64,000 bases of DNA from Gammaproteobacteria bacterium (GCA_037200125.1 JBBCGS010000002.1:763488-827487); one strand, 5' to 3'. Shown: positions 19,833-30,218, counted from the first letter of the stretch. Made by a program: numbers and translations. Notes: generated by a model not told the origin, from the letters alone.

Positions 19833-22800
19833 CTGGAATGCCACCGTGAACGCCACGCAAACAGGAACATCAGCAGCGGGAGTGCGATCCACAGGAAGTC
19901 CCACGGCGTGTCGCGCACGAGCGCGCGGCCCTGGCTCACGGCCTGCGTGGCCTTCTGCTCCTGCTCCATCAGATAGCCGCGAAGCTGCGTGCTCGCGCCG
20001 ACGGGCGTCGCTTTCTCACCCGGTGCCTTGCCGTTCGCCGCGCTGCCAGCGGCTTTGCTGTCACTCGCCGCGCTGCTGGCCGTTTTGCTGTCACTCACCG
20101 TGTCCCTAGCTGCTTTGGTGTCACTCACCGCGCCGGCGGCGTTCGCCTGTGCGTACCGCGCTTCGTTCTGCTTCACGAACGCTTCAGCCGCACGCGCCGC
20201 CACCGGAATACTCCTTCGAATCTGCACCTCCATGGATTCGCGGAACCGCTCCAGCGCCGGCGCCGGCACATTCAACTCGCGACCGCGATCGAGCACATAT
20301 TCGAGCAGGCGTGGATTGCCGCACGTGAACTCGGCGCAACCGACGCCGTGCTCCTGCACGCTCTTCACGTATTCCTCGATCAGCCTTGTTTCGGTGGCGG
20401 CGTCGGCCTTCCAGTAGCCTTTGCGAATCGTCTCCACCATGCGCGCCGTCATGTCCTGATACGCGAAGGGCGAGTCCTTGTCGAAGAACGCTTTCAGCCC
20501 GAGCTTGTGTTTGTCCTGCACGTAGACGTCGAAGGTTTCCTTCCACATCGCGTCGTCGACAAGATCGGGCGCGGTCGCCTTCCAGCCCCAGAGATACTCG
20601 ACGAACGCGCGCATTTCGCCCGCGCCCGCATAGCCCTCCTTCTTCATTCCCTCGATCCACGTCGGGTTGACGTAGCGCGAGCGGAACTCGGTGCCGAGGA
20701 ACTCGTCCATCGAGGTCATCTGTGGCTTGCTGGGATTGCGAGTGTTCGTCACCACCATCTCGGGGCTCTTCCCATCGAGACTGCGGATCGCGTTCGCAAG
20801 ACCGCCCATGTACATGAACATGTCGTCGTTATCGAGCGCGCCGTACAGCATCGTGGAACTGCTGTGCACGACTTGGTCCGTGCCAGAGAGCGCCATGCGA
20901 AACACATCCGGCATCGCCTCGCCCCAGAAGCCATTGCCGTAGCCGTGACCCAGCTTGTTGATATAGTCGTCCGCCATGCCGCGATCGGTATCCCAGGTGC
21001 CGCTCGCCGCCGCGATCGTCGAGGTGTTCAGGTTGAACTGGCCGGGGGGCTCATCGAAGATGCGCACGCCGGCGTACCGATCCGCATCCTTCTCGCTGTA
21101 GCCCTTCGCGATGAGCGTGGCTTTCGCTTTCAGGTAGTGCTGGCGCACGAGGTTTTCCGCCTCGTCCATCGCCTTCACCTTCTGCACGGCATCGTCCATC
21201 AGGCGCGTGACGTTGTTGAACATGCCCTCGGCCGCCGAGGCGATGACGATATCGACGCGCGGCCGCTTCAGCTCCCGGCGCGGTATCACGCTGACGCCGA
21301 CGACTTTGCCGCGCACATCCCACACCGGTTTCGTGCCGAGCAGATGGAAGATCTGCGATTCGAGCACGCCTTCGTGCCGCATCGTCTCGTCGCCCCAGAT
21401 CACGAACGAGACTTTCTCGGGATAGCGCCCGTGCTTCGCCACGTATTGGGCGAGCATGTCGTCGGCGAGCTTCACGCCGAGCGCATACGCGGCGGGCTTG
21501 GGCACCTTGTCCGGATCGATGCCGAAGAAGTTCTTGCCGGTCGGGTAGGAGTCCGGGTTGCGGATCGGCTCGCCGCCAGTGCCTCCCGGGAGGAAGTGAC
21601 CCGATAGCGCACGCACGAAGTTACCAAGCTCCGCCGCGCCACTGGCGACAATCCGCTGCTCCATGTCGCCTGCGGCAACCTTCGCCTTGTTCGGGAGCAG
21701 GCTTCGATCGGCGCTCACGATCGCATCGATGGTGCTCTCGCGCAGCGGCTTCTCCGGCGTCAGCCCGAACGTGTGGAGCCCATAGGGAATGTTCTCGTTC
21801 TTCAGCACCAGCAGCTGATTCTCGACGCGATGAATCGCTTCATCGTCGAGCGGCTTCGTCGGGTCGAGGCCGAGATCCTTGGCGAGGCCCAGCTTCGCAA
21901 CCTGCTCCGTAATCGACTTCGCGTATGCTTCGGCAAGCTGCGGATTCTTGGTCTCATTCACCGAGTGATCGTTGATGGACTCGCTCAACGCCGCGAGATC
22001 CGCATACAGCCCGCCCTTCTTGAACGGCGGCACCATGTGATCCACGAGCGCCGCCATGCCGCGGCGTCGTGCAACGAGCCCTTCCCCGACCACATCGACG
22101 TTGTAGATGTAGATGTCTGGAAGGTCGGCAATGAGCGCATCGGGCGCGTCTTCCTCGGAGAGCCCGGCATCCTTGCCGTCGAGCCATTCGAGCGTGCCGT
22201 GGGTGCCGACATGCACAACCGCGTCGGCTTTGAAGCTGTTCTTCAGCCACGCATAACTGGCGACGTACTGATGATGAGGCGCGAGATCCTTCGCGTGATA
22301 CATCTTCTCCGCATCTTCACCCCAACCGCGCGCCGGCTGCGGCATGAGGATCACGTTGCCGTACTGGACGCGCGGAATGACGAGCGACATCTCGCCGCGT
22401 TCGGACGTGGTCATCAATTTCGTGCGCGACGGCGGCCCCCAGTCGTTCACGATCTTGTCGCGCAAGGCCGGCGGGAAACCGTCCAGCCAGCGCGTGTATT
22501 CCTTCACGCTCACCTGCGCCGCTCCGCCGTGCGTGAGCAATTCCGCCAGCTCACCGGGCGCGTAGCCGCCGACGTTGCGCGCCTTCGTCGTGATGTCGCT
22601 CAGCACACTCTTCGCCGCAAGATCCGCGTCGCCGAGGTCGTAGCCCTCGCGCTTCAACCGCTGAAGCATTCGCGCCAGCGATTCGGCGACGTTGAGATAG
22701 CTCGCCCCGATGTTCGCCTTACCCGGCGGGTAGTTGTAGTAAAGGATCGCGATGTGTTTATCCGCGTTGCGCTTCGAGCGCAGCGTGGCGTAGCGCAGCC

Positions 22801-23902
22801 CGCGCGCCACCGCCATCGAGACCCGCGACGGAATCGGATGCGTGACGACCACCGCGAGCCCGGTCTCCCGATCGCGCACTTTTTCCTTGCTGCCGACCAC
22901 GGTCGGCGCGACGGTCCCGGCCAGTTCCGGCACCGCCATCAGGAACGTGCCTTCGAACATCGAGAGCCCGGTCGCGGAGGATCGCCACTCCTTCTCGCTA
23001 CGCCCATAGAGGCTCACGAGGTTGATGATCGGCACATCGACTTTCGCCAGCACGTTCGACGAATCGAAATCCGCGAAGTTGAAGATGAATCCGAGCGCGA
23101 CATCCGCGCGCGCCGCGCCGTGCTCGTCCAACAGCATCTTCTCGGTGGCGAACGCGCCGGGATAGCCGAAATACGGAATGGCGTCGGCGCCCTGCCGCTC
23201 CACTTCCGCGATCATCGAATCGAGCAGCTCGGTGTCGCCGGTGTAGTAAGTCGACTTGTAGAAGCCGATTGCGACGCGTGGGCGGCCGGCGTGCGCCTTG
23301 CCGTTTTCACGGCGCCACGCGTCGAACTCATTCCAGGTGGCGAAAGCTCGCCCGCCTGAGGCGGAAGGGTAGTAGTAGCCGAAGTCCAGACTCCGCTCGG
23401 GCTCGGGCACCGTGAGCCCGGCAACGCCGGCCTTGGTGAGCGCGTACTTCATCAGCGCGAGCTGGTTGGTGGCACCCGCATGAGCCCAGTACGCGCGGGC
23501 GCGAGCATCCCAATCGACACCTTGTTCGAGATACCGCTCCTTCGGCAGCAGGCCCTCGCCGACGCCGAGAACCACGCCGTGACGACGCACGTCGGCGAGC
23601 AGGTCCACGCTATGCGCCTGGTTGAAGCGCTCGAGCATCTGCTCGTTCATCGTGTCGAGCACGAGCACGTCGGCGCCGGTCATCGCCTTCGCATCGGTTT
23701 CGTCGAACACGGATTCGGCGAGATAACCGAGAGTGACCTGGTCCTTGAGATCCGGCCGCTCGGCGAGCAGTTGCCGGTAAGCGCGCACCGTGCCGGGGAT
23801 GTTGCCGTCGGAATAGAGATAAACGATGCGAACGGGCTTCGCGACGGCCGCGAACGCCATGAACAGCAGCACTAGCGCAAGACTAAGGCTTCGCACCCGC
23901 AT
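19802..23902 (-). CDS. CobN/Mg-chelatase-H-like large chelatase subunit, extracytoplasmic: N-terminal signal peptide, C-terminal TM anchor (HmuS-like)
   Basis: CobN-family homology along about 1300 aa (e.g. [42 protein letters not shown]). N-terminus [21 protein letters not shown] is signal-like. C-terminus has an Asp/Ser/Lys low-complexity region then the TM helix [20 protein letters not shown] at 23902 verified; 23932 ([10 protein letters not shown]..) is an alternative. The ORF track's extension to 24121 is read-through of the hexanucleotide repeat. Confidence 0.85.
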   Translation of the reverse strand: MRVRSLSLALVLLFMAFAAVAKPVRIVYLYSDGNIPGTVRAYRQLLAERPDLKDQVTLGYLAESVFDETDAKAMTGADVLVLDTMNEQMLERFNQAHSVDLLADVRRHGVVLGVGEGLLPKERYLEQGVDWDARARAYWAHAGATNQLALMKYALTKAGVAGLTVPEPERSLDFGYYYPSASGGRAFATWNEFDAWRRENGKAHAGRPRVAIGFYKSTYYTGDTELLDSMIAEVERQGADAIPYFGYPGAFATEKMLLDEHGAARADVALGFIFNFADFDSSNVLAKVDVPIINLVSLYGRSEKEWRSSATGLSMFEGTFLMAVPELAGTVAPTVVGSKEKVRDRETGLAVVVTHPIPSRVSMAVARGLRYATLRSKRNADKHIAILYYNYPPGKANIGASYLNVAESLARMLQRLKREGYDLGDADLAAKSVLSDITTKARNVGGYAPGELAELLTHGGAAQVSVKEYTRWLDGFPPALRDKIVNDWGPPSRTKLMTTSERGEMSLVIPRVQYGNVILMPQPARGWGEDAEKMYHAKDLAPHHQYVASYAWLKNSFKADAVVHVGTHGTLEWLDGKDAGLSEEDAPDALIADLPDIYIYNVDVVGEGLVARRRGMAALVDHMVPPFKKGGLYADLAALSESINDHSVNETKNPQLAEAYAKSITEQVAKLGLAKDLGLDPTKPLDDEAIHRVENQLLVLKNENIPYGLHTFGLTPEKPLRESTIDAIVSADRSLLPNKAKVAAGDMEQRIVASGAAELGNFVRALSGHFLPGGTGGEPIRNPDSYPTGKNFFGIDPDKVPKPAAYALGVKLADDMLAQYVAKHGRYPEKVSFVIWGDETMRHEGVLESQIFHLLGTKPVWDVRGKVVGVSVIPRRELKRPRVDIVIASAAEGMFNNVTRLMDDAVQKVKAMDEAENLVRQHYLKAKATLIAKGYSEKDADRYAGVRIFDEPPGQFNLNTSTIAAASGTWDTDRGMADDYINKLGHGYGNGFWGEAMPDVFRMALSGTDQVVHSSSTMLYGALDNDDMFMYMGGLANAIRSLDGKSPEMVVTNTRNPSKPQMTSMDEFLGTEFRSRYVNPTWIEGMKKEGYAGAGEMRAFVEYLWGWKATAPDLVDDAMWKETFDVYVQDKHKLGLKAFFDKDSPFAYQDMTARMVETIRKGYWKADAATETRLIEEYVKSVQEHGVGCAEFTCGNPRLLEYVLDRGRELNVPAPALERFRESMEVQIRRSIPVAARAAEAFVKQNEARYAQANAAGAVSDTKAARDTVSDSKTASSAASDSKAAGSAANGKAPGEKATPVGASTQLRGYLMEQEQKATQAVSQGRALVRDTPWDFLWIALPLLMFLFAWRSRWHSRWNGARAGGA
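20044..20132. repeat. Three imperfect copies of an approximately 30-bp repeat (..TTTGCTGTCACTC(A/G)CCG..)
   Basis: Directly visible. It encodes the [29 protein letters not shown] low-complexity segment just before the C-terminal TM anchor of the CobN-like protein. Confidence 0.7.
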
Positions 23903-24458
23903 CACCCGGCGGCTGTGCGCCACTGGCGCCATCGCTTGGGCCGCCTCTGTCTCGGCCCCCGGCGCCAGTGCCGGTGCCAGTGCCAGTGCCGGTGCCAGTG
24001 CCAGTGCCGATGCCAGTGCCAGTGCCAGCGCCAGTGCCGGTGCCGGTGCCGGTGCCAGCGCCGGTGCCAGTGCCGGTGCCAGTGCCGGTGCCAGCGCCGG
24101 TGCCAGCGCCGGTGCCGGCATCCGCGCCTTCCGGCACGTAGATGACCTGCCCGTTCGCGAGCCGATACGCCACGCCGAGTCGCTCGCCGTTACCGGACAG
24201 CGCCTTGTCCGTCACCTTGTACGCTTTGATCTCGGTGCCCTTCTTCGTGATGATCTCGCGCTCCCCTTGCGCATTCGTCTTCACGAGCGTCACTTCGCTT
24301 TGCGCATCGACGAGATCGCCCATGCGATAGACGGAGAACAGCGTGATCATCAAGCCCACGATGAACACGATCGACACGTCGAACAGGTTCGCGACACCCG
24401 CGAGGGGATCTTCCTCAGGCGGTTCGTCCGGCGGCGGCAGTCGAAGAAAGCGACCCAC
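23883..24458 (-). CDS. DUF2149-family protein (ExbD/TolR-like partner of MotA/ExbB-type channels) with C-terminal (Gly-Thr/Gly-Ala)~28 tail
   Basis: N-terminal TM helix ([17 protein letters not shown]) and an about 110-aa core typical of DUF2149. The ORF reads without a stop through the GCCGGT/GCCAGT hexanucleotide repeat, giving ...[19 protein letters not shown]...[27 protein letters not shown]. Confidence 0.7.
   Translation of the reverse strand: MGRFLRLPPPDEPPEEDPLAGVANLFDVSIVFIVGLMITLFSVYRMGDLVDAQSEVTLVKTNAQGEREIITKKGTEIKAYKVTDKALSGNGERLGVAYRLANGQVIYVPEGADAGTGAGTGAGTGTGTGTGTGAGTGTGTGTGAGTGTGIGTGTGTGTGTGTGTGAGGRDRGGPSDGASGAQPPGDAGAKP
23962..24120. repeat. Hexanucleotide tandem repeat (GCCAGT/GCCGGT/GCCAGC), about 27 copies
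   Basis: Directly visible. One minus-strand frame gives the (GT/GA)n tail of the DUF2149 protein. Another gives a (PA/LA)n peptide in frame with, and upstream of, the CobN-like start. Confidence 0.95.
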
Positions 24459-24474
24459 GGTCAGACGCTCGCGC

Positions 24475-25119
24475 TCATCGGGCCTCGCCTGCCAGATGGC
24501 CTACCGGCTGGCCCGCCAACTCGCCCGCCACACGCTCGGCGAGATAGCGCTGTTCGCGCACCGCTTCGCTGGCCCACTTCTGGCGGATGGTGGTTACGAC
24601 ATAGGCCGCCGTCCCCGTCGCAAGCCCGATGATGGTCGTCGTGAACGCAACCACCATCTGCCCGGCCATCGCCTGCAGATTGCCGCTCGAGAGTGACGCG
24701 AGCGAGGCGCCCATGGGAATGAGTGTGCCGATGAGGCCGAGACTCGGACCAATGCGCACCAGCGCCCGCGCGAGATTCGCGCCGTGACGGGCCCGCTCTT
24801 CCTGCTCGAGCACGAGGTTCTCCAGATCGCCGCCGCCGAGCGGACCCTGCGCGACGCGCCCCGATACCTGCTCGACCAGCCCACGCAACGCCAGCGGCAA
24901 CTCGTTTCTGCGCTCGACGCTGGCGGCAAGCACCGGCCCCTTGTCGAGCCAGCGCGAGAGACGAAAGTCCCCGCGATCCCGCCGCCGCGCCAGCCACTCC
25001 ACCACGCACGCGGCGCCCACGAAGATCGTGGCGAACACGCACAGCCACAGCAGCACCATCACCGGGAATCTCAGCACCTGCCCCAACGCGAACAGGCCGT
25101 TTTCAAGCATCGACAACAT
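24475..25119 (-). CDS. MotA/TolQ/ExbB proton-channel family protein
   Basis: Three TM segments and the conserved C-terminal channel region [21 protein letters not shown]...[15 protein letters not shown]. 214 aa. Confidence 0.85.
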   Translation of the reverse strand: MLSMLENGLFALGQVLRFPVMVLLWLCVFATIFVGAACVVEWLARRRDRGDFRLSRWLDKGPVLAASVERRNELPLALRGLVEQVSGRVAQGPLGGGDLENLVLEQEERARHGANLARALVRIGPSLGLIGTLIPMGASLASLSSGNLQAMAGQMVVAFTTTIIGLATGTAAYVVTTIRQKWASEAVREQRYLAERVAGELAGQPVGHLAGEAR

Positions 25120-25121
25120 CG

Positions 25122-25742
25122 TCAGTTACGCCTCCAGCGTCGCGAGGCCGCGCCAGCCAGCGCGACCGCACCCACGCTCACCAGAACCCAAACCGGAATC
25201 GCGGTCGCCGCTTCCCCACGCGCCGAGGCGTTGAGCACCATCGCCGAAGTCCAGCCCGAGAGGACCTCGGGCACGGCGGCGAGGCAGATGCCCGACGCCA
25301 GCAGGAACAGCGCCGCCTCGTCACGAAGCTTGCGCGGCGCAAAGTCCGGCCGCAGCGCCACGAGCCCCGCGGCAAGCACCGGGAGCATCGCGCAGCACGG
25401 GAAGGCGATCATGGCCGGCGCGCCCTGGCTGACGAGAAAGGCACCGCCCTGCGCAGCGATGAAGCCCCCGCCGAGCAGCGCCACACCGTTTGCTATCCGG
25501 TACCACCTCGGCTGCCGCAAGTCGCCTTCAGGAGTCCCGACAAGTTGTATCAGCGCGAGCGACGCAATCAGGGCCGCGAGCACCACAGGCGGCACCTGCC
25601 ACTCCCCGATGAACAGCACCAGCCCCGCGCCAAAGCCGGCAATGAGCAGCGGCCCGACCAGACTGTGCCGAATCGCAGGCGCACCCGCCGCAAGCACCAC
25701 CGAGGCCAGCGCGAACAGCGTCCAGAAAGTGAAAAGACTCAT
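25122..25742 (-). CDS. Polytopic inner-membrane protein (6-7 TM), first gene of the CobN-like operon; possibly the DUF2162-type companion of DUF2149/ExbB-like proteins
   Basis: Almost entirely hydrophobic, 206 aa. Its stop is 3 nt before the ExbB-like start. I did not recognise a family at sequence level; the assignment rests on context only. Confidence 0.55.
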   Translation of the reverse strand: MSLFTFWTLFALASVVLAAGAPAIRHSLVGPLLIAGFGAGLVLFIGEWQVPPVVLAALIASLALIQLVGTPEGDLRQPRWYRIANGVALLGGGFIAAQGGAFLVSQGAPAMIAFPCCAMLPVLAAGLVALRPDFAPRKLRDEAALFLLASGICLAAVPEVLSGWTSAMVLNASARGEAATAIPVWVLVSVGAVALAGAASRRWRRN

Positions 25743-26016
25743 GGGTCGATCATCAACCGAGCGGTCCGCTCTTATTCAGCCAACGTACCGTCGCGCCGCT
25801 GTACGGTTTTGAAGTTAGGCGCAACCAACATATAGTCCGCGCCCACGAGCTCCGCTGTCGCCCTGTTACCGTTGATAAACATCTCGTGACGTAGGGCTTT
25901 TTCCGCAGAAACGTAGCGTAACGTCGCAGCGGCAGCGGTCTATCGCTTTTAACTTTTCAGCCGCACGACGCCCCGCCCATACTTGCGGCTATAACGAGAC
26001 CATCCTTAGGGATCCC

Positions 26017-27975
26017 ATGCACAAGAAGACTACTGCAGTCGGCGCAGCCGCCTGCCTCTTTGCCGTACCCGGCACCCTCCTCGCCCAGACCGCCCCGAAG
26101 GCCGATGACCTGAACGAAGAAGTCGTCGTCACGGCAACCCGCGCGGGCGACGGCATCCGTGCCGACCTCCTCGGCACCTCGTTCACGGTGCTGACGCCGG
26201 CGGACCTGGAACAGCGCCAGACCCGTTACCTGTCGGACATCCTCCGCGACGTGCCGGGCATCGCCGTCAGCCGCAGCGGCGGGGCCGGTCAATTCACCCA
26301 GGTCCGCATCCGCGGCGCCGAGGGCAACCAGACGCTGGTGATGATCGACGGCATCAAGGCGAGCGACCCGTACGCGGGCGAGTTCGACTTCGCGACCCTG
26401 ATCGCCGATGACGTGGCGAAGGTCGAGGTGCTGCGCGGCCAGCAGAGCGCGCTCTACGGCTCGGACGCGATCGGCGGCGTCATCAACTACATCACCCTCA
26501 CCGGCAGAGAAATGCCAGGCACACGCCTGCGGCTCGAGGGCGGCTCCTTCGGCACCGTCGATCTGTCGGCCCGCACGGCCGGGGTCGCGGGGCCGCTCGA
26601 CTACTCGCTGAGCGCCGGCTACCAGAACACCGATGGCACGCCGACGGCGCGGAACGGTTCGCGCGACCTGGGCTCGGACAACACGGCGGCCTCCGCCAAG
26701 CTCATCTATTCAGTGAGCGACGACGCCCGCGTCAAGGCGGTCGTGCGCTACAGCCGCACCAAGGCGGACGCGAACGATCAGGACTTCAACTTCCCGCCGG
26801 GCCCGAACTACGGGTTCGTCGTCGACTCGCCGGGCAGCTACTACGAGAACCGCGCCGTATATGGCCTGCTGCGAGGAGAGCTCGACACCTTCGGCGGCAA
26901 CTGGTCGCACGCCCTTCAGGTGCAGGGCGTGGACGCGAAGCGCGATGGCTTCTCCAATAACGACTTGAGCGGTGGCGACGACGGTGGACGCCAGCGGTAT
27001 TCCTACGAAACGACGGTGCGTTTCGGCAGCGACGCCGTGAAGCAGAGCCTGACTGGCGCGCTCGACTACGAGCGTGAGACTTTCCAGAATCGTGGCCCCT
27101 TCCTCACCGACGAGCAGGGTCTCGAGCGCAGCCTGACCACCAAGGGCGTGGTAGCGCAGTACGAAGCGATCATCAATGACCGCATCGGCCTCGGCGCCTC
27201 GCTCCGCTACGACGACAACAGTCGCTTCGACAGCGACACGACGTATCGGCTGCAGGGCAGCTACAAGCTCGATAGCGGCACGCGCCTGCACGCCGCGGCG
27301 GGCTCGGGCACCAAGAACCCGGGGATCTTCGAGCTCTTCGGCTTCGACCCGGATACCTTCACCGGCAATCCGAATCTCAAGCCCGAAAAGTCGCACGGCT
27401 GGGAAGCGGGCGTGGAGCAGAGCTTCCTCGACCACCGCGCGCGCATCGACGTGACTTACTTCGACAACAAGCTGCGCGACGAAATCTTCACGACATTCGA
27501 CGCGAACTTCTTCTCGAGCCCGCTGAACAAGCCGAACGACTCGACGCAGAAAGGCGTCGAAATATCGCTCAATGCGCGCATCGGGGACGCCTGGAGCATC
27601 GACGCAAGCTATACCCACCTCGATGCGAAGGAGTTCGACACCGCCACGCGGAAGATGGTCGAGGAAGTGCGGCGCGCACCGAACATCGCAAGCCTGAATG
27701 TCGGCTGGCGCGGCATCGAGCAGCGGCTCGGCTTCGATCTCACCGTGCGCTACAACGGCGCGCAGCTGGACAGCAACTTCACCCTCGTGATCCCGACGCC
27801 GCAGGTGCGGCTCGACTCCTTCACGCTGGTCGACCTGGGCGGCGATTTCAAGATCACCGACAAGGTGCAGCTCTACGCCCGCGTCGAGAACGCGTTCGAC
27901 GAGAAGTACGAAGAGGTCTTCACGTTCCGGACGCCGGGCCGTGCGGAATACGCGGGAGTGCGCGTCAGGTTCTGA
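26017..27975 (+). CDS. TonB-dependent receptor, BtuB/metal-chelate type (about 650 aa)
   Basis: Signal peptide, TonB-box-like EEVVVTATR, plug motifs (DILRDVPGIAVSRSGGAGQFTQVRIRGAEGNQTLVMIDGIKAS, VEVLRGQQSALYGSDAIGGVINYIT) and C-terminal Phe (..GVRVRF). Divergent from the CobN-like operon. Confidence 0.9.
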   Translation: MHKKTTAVGAAACLFAVPGTLLAQTAPKADDLNEEVVVTATRAGDGIRADLLGTSFTVLTPADLEQRQTRYLSDILRDVPGIAVSRSGGAGQFTQVRIRGAEGNQTLVMIDGIKASDPYAGEFDFATLIADDVAKVEVLRGQQSALYGSDAIGGVINYITLTGREMPGTRLRLEGGSFGTVDLSARTAGVAGPLDYSLSAGYQNTDGTPTARNGSRDLGSDNTAASAKLIYSVSDDARVKAVVRYSRTKADANDQDFNFPPGPNYGFVVDSPGSYYENRAVYGLLRGELDTFGGNWSHALQVQGVDAKRDGFSNNDLSGGDDGGRQRYSYETTVRFGSDAVKQSLTGALDYERETFQNRGPFLTDEQGLERSLTTKGVVAQYEAIINDRIGLGASLRYDDNSRFDSDTTYRLQGSYKLDSGTRLHAAAGSGTKNPGIFELFGFDPDTFTGNPNLKPEKSHGWEAGVEQSFLDHRARIDVTYFDNKLRDEIFTTFDANFFSSPLNKPNDSTQKGVEISLNARIGDAWSIDASYTHLDAKEFDTATRKMVEEVRRAPNIASLNVGWRGIEQRLGFDLTVRYNGAQLDSNFTLVIPTPQVRLDSFTLVDLGGDFKITDKVQLYARVENAFDEKYEEVFTFRTPGRAEYAGVRVRF

Positions 27976-28057
27976 TCGGATGACCGCGGCGGCGATGCGC
28001 CGCGGATTTCGTGGCGGTCAGGCCCGCTTCGAGGGCCTGATGTTCAAGGCAAGCCTC

Positions 28058-29266
28058 TCAGACCCACAAGCGAGTGGCGAGCCAGAACGTGCCGCATCCC
28101 GCCACAACCGCCGCGCTGGCATCGATCACAAAGGCGCGGGTACGTTCGAAGCCGCGCATGCGGAACAGCAGCAGTGCCCCCACGAGCAGACCGGCCACGA
28201 CCGTTTCGATGAGCAAGGCACCGAGATTGATGCTCGTCAGCAAGCTGACCTCGACCTGCGACGCTAGCCGCGCCGGCTCAATTGCCGCCGCCCACAGAAA
28301 TCCGTCCAGGAAGCCGAGCACCGCCGCGAGTAGCGGTGCCACCATCGGCGAGGTTTCACCGCGCGGAGTAGCTGCGGAGAACCCGGCGGAAATGACCGCT
28401 CCACCCAGCAGCAGCCACGCCGCCGCCGCGCGGTCGATCGACGCGGCGACGATCGCAGCGAGCAGCAGCAGACCGATCCATCCGGCGACGATTGGCCGCC
28501 GTTTCTCCGTTCGGGCAAGAACCACCGCGAGCGCTGCAAGCGCGGCAAGCAGGCCGACGAACGCGTGCACCGGTGTTGCGACGGGCGTGATCCAACCGGC
28601 CTGCGAGATCGCGATGGAGGCGCTGTAACCCAGCGCGAGAGCCAGAACCGCGTAAGCCAGGTCGCGACGTCTCCGGATGACCAGCGCCAGACCCAGAACG
28701 ACGCAAAGCAGGTCGGCGTTACGCAAGACCCGCTCGGCACCGAGGCGCAGATACATCGCCGCGTCCGGCCTTCTCAGCGCACCGTCGTCGGGAAGTTGCC
28801 ATTGCCGGTCGCTCGCCGTGAAGAGATGCTCGACGTCACGCCCCGCCTGGTAAACCCGCGCAATGTGGAGATGATCCGGAATACGCGCGAACAACGCGTC
28901 ATCCCGCAGCACTATCTGGCGTGGATCCTCACATCGATAAAAGATTTCGAAGCCATACAGACCAGCGCCCACCGACAACGGATCGACCCGGCCGAGGTCA
29001 TAGCCCTGATCGAGCGCCTCGCAGGCACCGCTTGCCGAACGTACCGACACCGTTCCGAGCAGGTACTGCGCGAGCTTCGCAACAGTGGCAACGGGCATGT
29101 CGCGCCCGATCAATCGCTGGGCGTCAGGAACGGGTAACAGGAATCGCAGCGTGACGGTTTTGCCGGAGATCACCCAGGTGGAGTAACTCACGCTCTGCGT
29201 TTCGGCGCAGGCCTGGCCCACCCACAGCGCCAGCAGGCCGAGCACGATCCAGCGCGGCGCTTTCAC
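28058..29266 (-). CDS. HupE/UreJ-family Ni/Co transporter with N-terminal periplasmic domain
   Basis: Signal peptide plus an about 170-aa soluble domain, then six TM helices of HupE/UreJ type. Its start overlaps the stop of the upstream SurA-like gene. Confidence 0.75.
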   Translation of the reverse strand: MKAPRWIVLGLLALWVGQACAETQSVSYSTWVISGKTVTLRFLLPVPDAQRLIGRDMPVATVAKLAQYLLGTVSVRSASGACEALDQGYDLGRVDPLSVGAGLYGFEIFYRCEDPRQIVLRDDALFARIPDHLHIARVYQAGRDVEHLFTASDRQWQLPDDGALRRPDAAMYLRLGAERVLRNADLLCVVLGLALVIRRRRDLAYAVLALALGYSASIAISQAGWITPVATPVHAFVGLLAALAALAVVLARTEKRRPIVAGWIGLLLLAAIVAASIDRAAAAWLLLGGAVISAGFSAATPRGETSPMVAPLLAAVLGFLDGFLWAAAIEPARLASQVEVSLLTSINLGALLIETVVAGLLVGALLLFRMRGFERTRAFVIDASAAVVAGCGTFWLATRLWV

Positions 29267-30216
29267 TGTGGCTGCTCGGGCGAATAGACGATTTCCGCTT
29301 GGCTGCGCAGCGCCTTCAGAGTCTCTTGAGTCGCGCGCTGTGCTTCGTCCGTTCGCAGATCGTCGTACACACGCGACCTGGCGGCGGCGAAGTCGGCCAC
29401 CCTCGCCGGCTCATGCCGCTGCATGATGAGAATGTGCACGCCGTCGGTCTCGACGACCGGGTCCGAAACTTCACCGTCACGCAGTGCTTCCGCAACCGGA
29501 TAGAGTTTCGGGCCCAGCTGTCGCCTGGCCAGGAGGTCTGACGCGGCGGCCTGCTCCATGCGCCCGGAGCTCACGAGGCCGAAATGCTCCCGCACCTGAT
29601 CGAGCGGTACACCTGCGCGCAGCTGATAGACCGCTTCAGCGGCGTCGGCCAGCGCCTGTGCGGTGGTCTGATCCGCATTCTGGTAACCCCCCACACCCAG
29701 CACGAGATCCACCAAGGTCATGTCGCTTCTCTGCGTGTAGCGCGAGAGGTTCGCCTCATAGAACGCGCGCAAATCCGCTTCGGTGGGCGTCCGGGCGAGC
29801 ACCTGCGCGGCAATCTGATTGTTGACCGCGACCGTCATGATGTCGCGCACGTCGATGGTGGTTTCCGGCAGATCGAGCGCCAGCGCGCGCTGGACGAGCA
29901 GTTCCTCGTCGATCATCCGCTCGAGCACCGCCTTGCGCGCGGCCGGGCTCGCTTCATCGAAACCGACGCCCTCATCACTCTGCGTCTGAGTGATCCAGTC
30001 GCTGACGAGAACGCCCTTCTGGTTGACGAGGGCGACGTAACCGGGCGGCACTTTCACCAGGTGCCGGGGGGCCGTGCGAAACAGCCCCAGCCCCGCGAGC
30101 ACGAGCCCGACGAATACCGCGAAAGCAGACAGTACCGCCGAGCGATGCGGGGTAGACGACGCCACATCGAGCAGGCGTCGGATCCGCAGCGAGCGTTTCT
30201 CCGGAGCAACCGACAT
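29263..30216 (-). CDS. Periplasmic SurA-N-terminal-domain chaperone-like protein (PPIase-family-like)
   Basis: ATG at 30216 verified (MSVAPEKRSLRI..). A signal-anchor is followed by a SurA_N-like helical domain (EELLVQRALALDLPETTIDVRDI...). No clear parvulin catalytic motif was recognised. Confidence 0.6.
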   Translation of the reverse strand: MSVAPEKRSLRIRRLLDVASSTPHRSAVLSAFAVFVGLVLAGLGLFRTAPRHLVKVPPGYVALVNQKGVLVSDWITQTQSDEGVGFDEASPAARKAVLERMIDEELLVQRALALDLPETTIDVRDIMTVAVNNQIAAQVLARTPTEADLRAFYEANLSRYTQRSDMTLVDLVLGVGGYQNADQTTAQALADAAEAVYQLRAGVPLDQVREHFGLVSSGRMEQAAASDLLARRQLGPKLYPVAEALRDGEVSDPVVETDGVHILIMQRHEPARVADFAAARSRVYDDLRTDEAQRATQETLKALRSQAEIVYSPEQPQ

Positions 30217-30218
30217 CT

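Noticed and set aside
19414-20109. ORFs translating the 9-bp repeat as (RIG/RIE)n or (ALN)n (19414..19860 minus, 19585..20109 plus), and the (PA/LA)n N-terminal extension of the CobN ORF to 24121
   Set aside because: They are repeat-translation artefacts in frames other than the supported genes, with no plausible start context and no domain.
20348-23359. Long plus-strand ORFs (20348..21607 at 419 aa, 21773..23359 at 528 aa, and others) inside the CobN-like gene
   Set aside because: They are antisense to a strongly supported CobN-family gene. The translations are Arg/Ala/His-rich low-complexity sequence typical of high-GC antisense frames, with no recognisable domains.
25743-26016. Possible cobalamin riboswitch between the CobN-like operon and the BtuB-like receptor, and likewise upstream of cbtB at 38358-38462
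   Set aside because: No B12-box-like (GCCACTG) core or obvious conserved riboswitch stems were recognisable on either strand by eye, and the cbtB leader is only 105 bp. I leave it as unproven: a covariance-model scan would be decisive.
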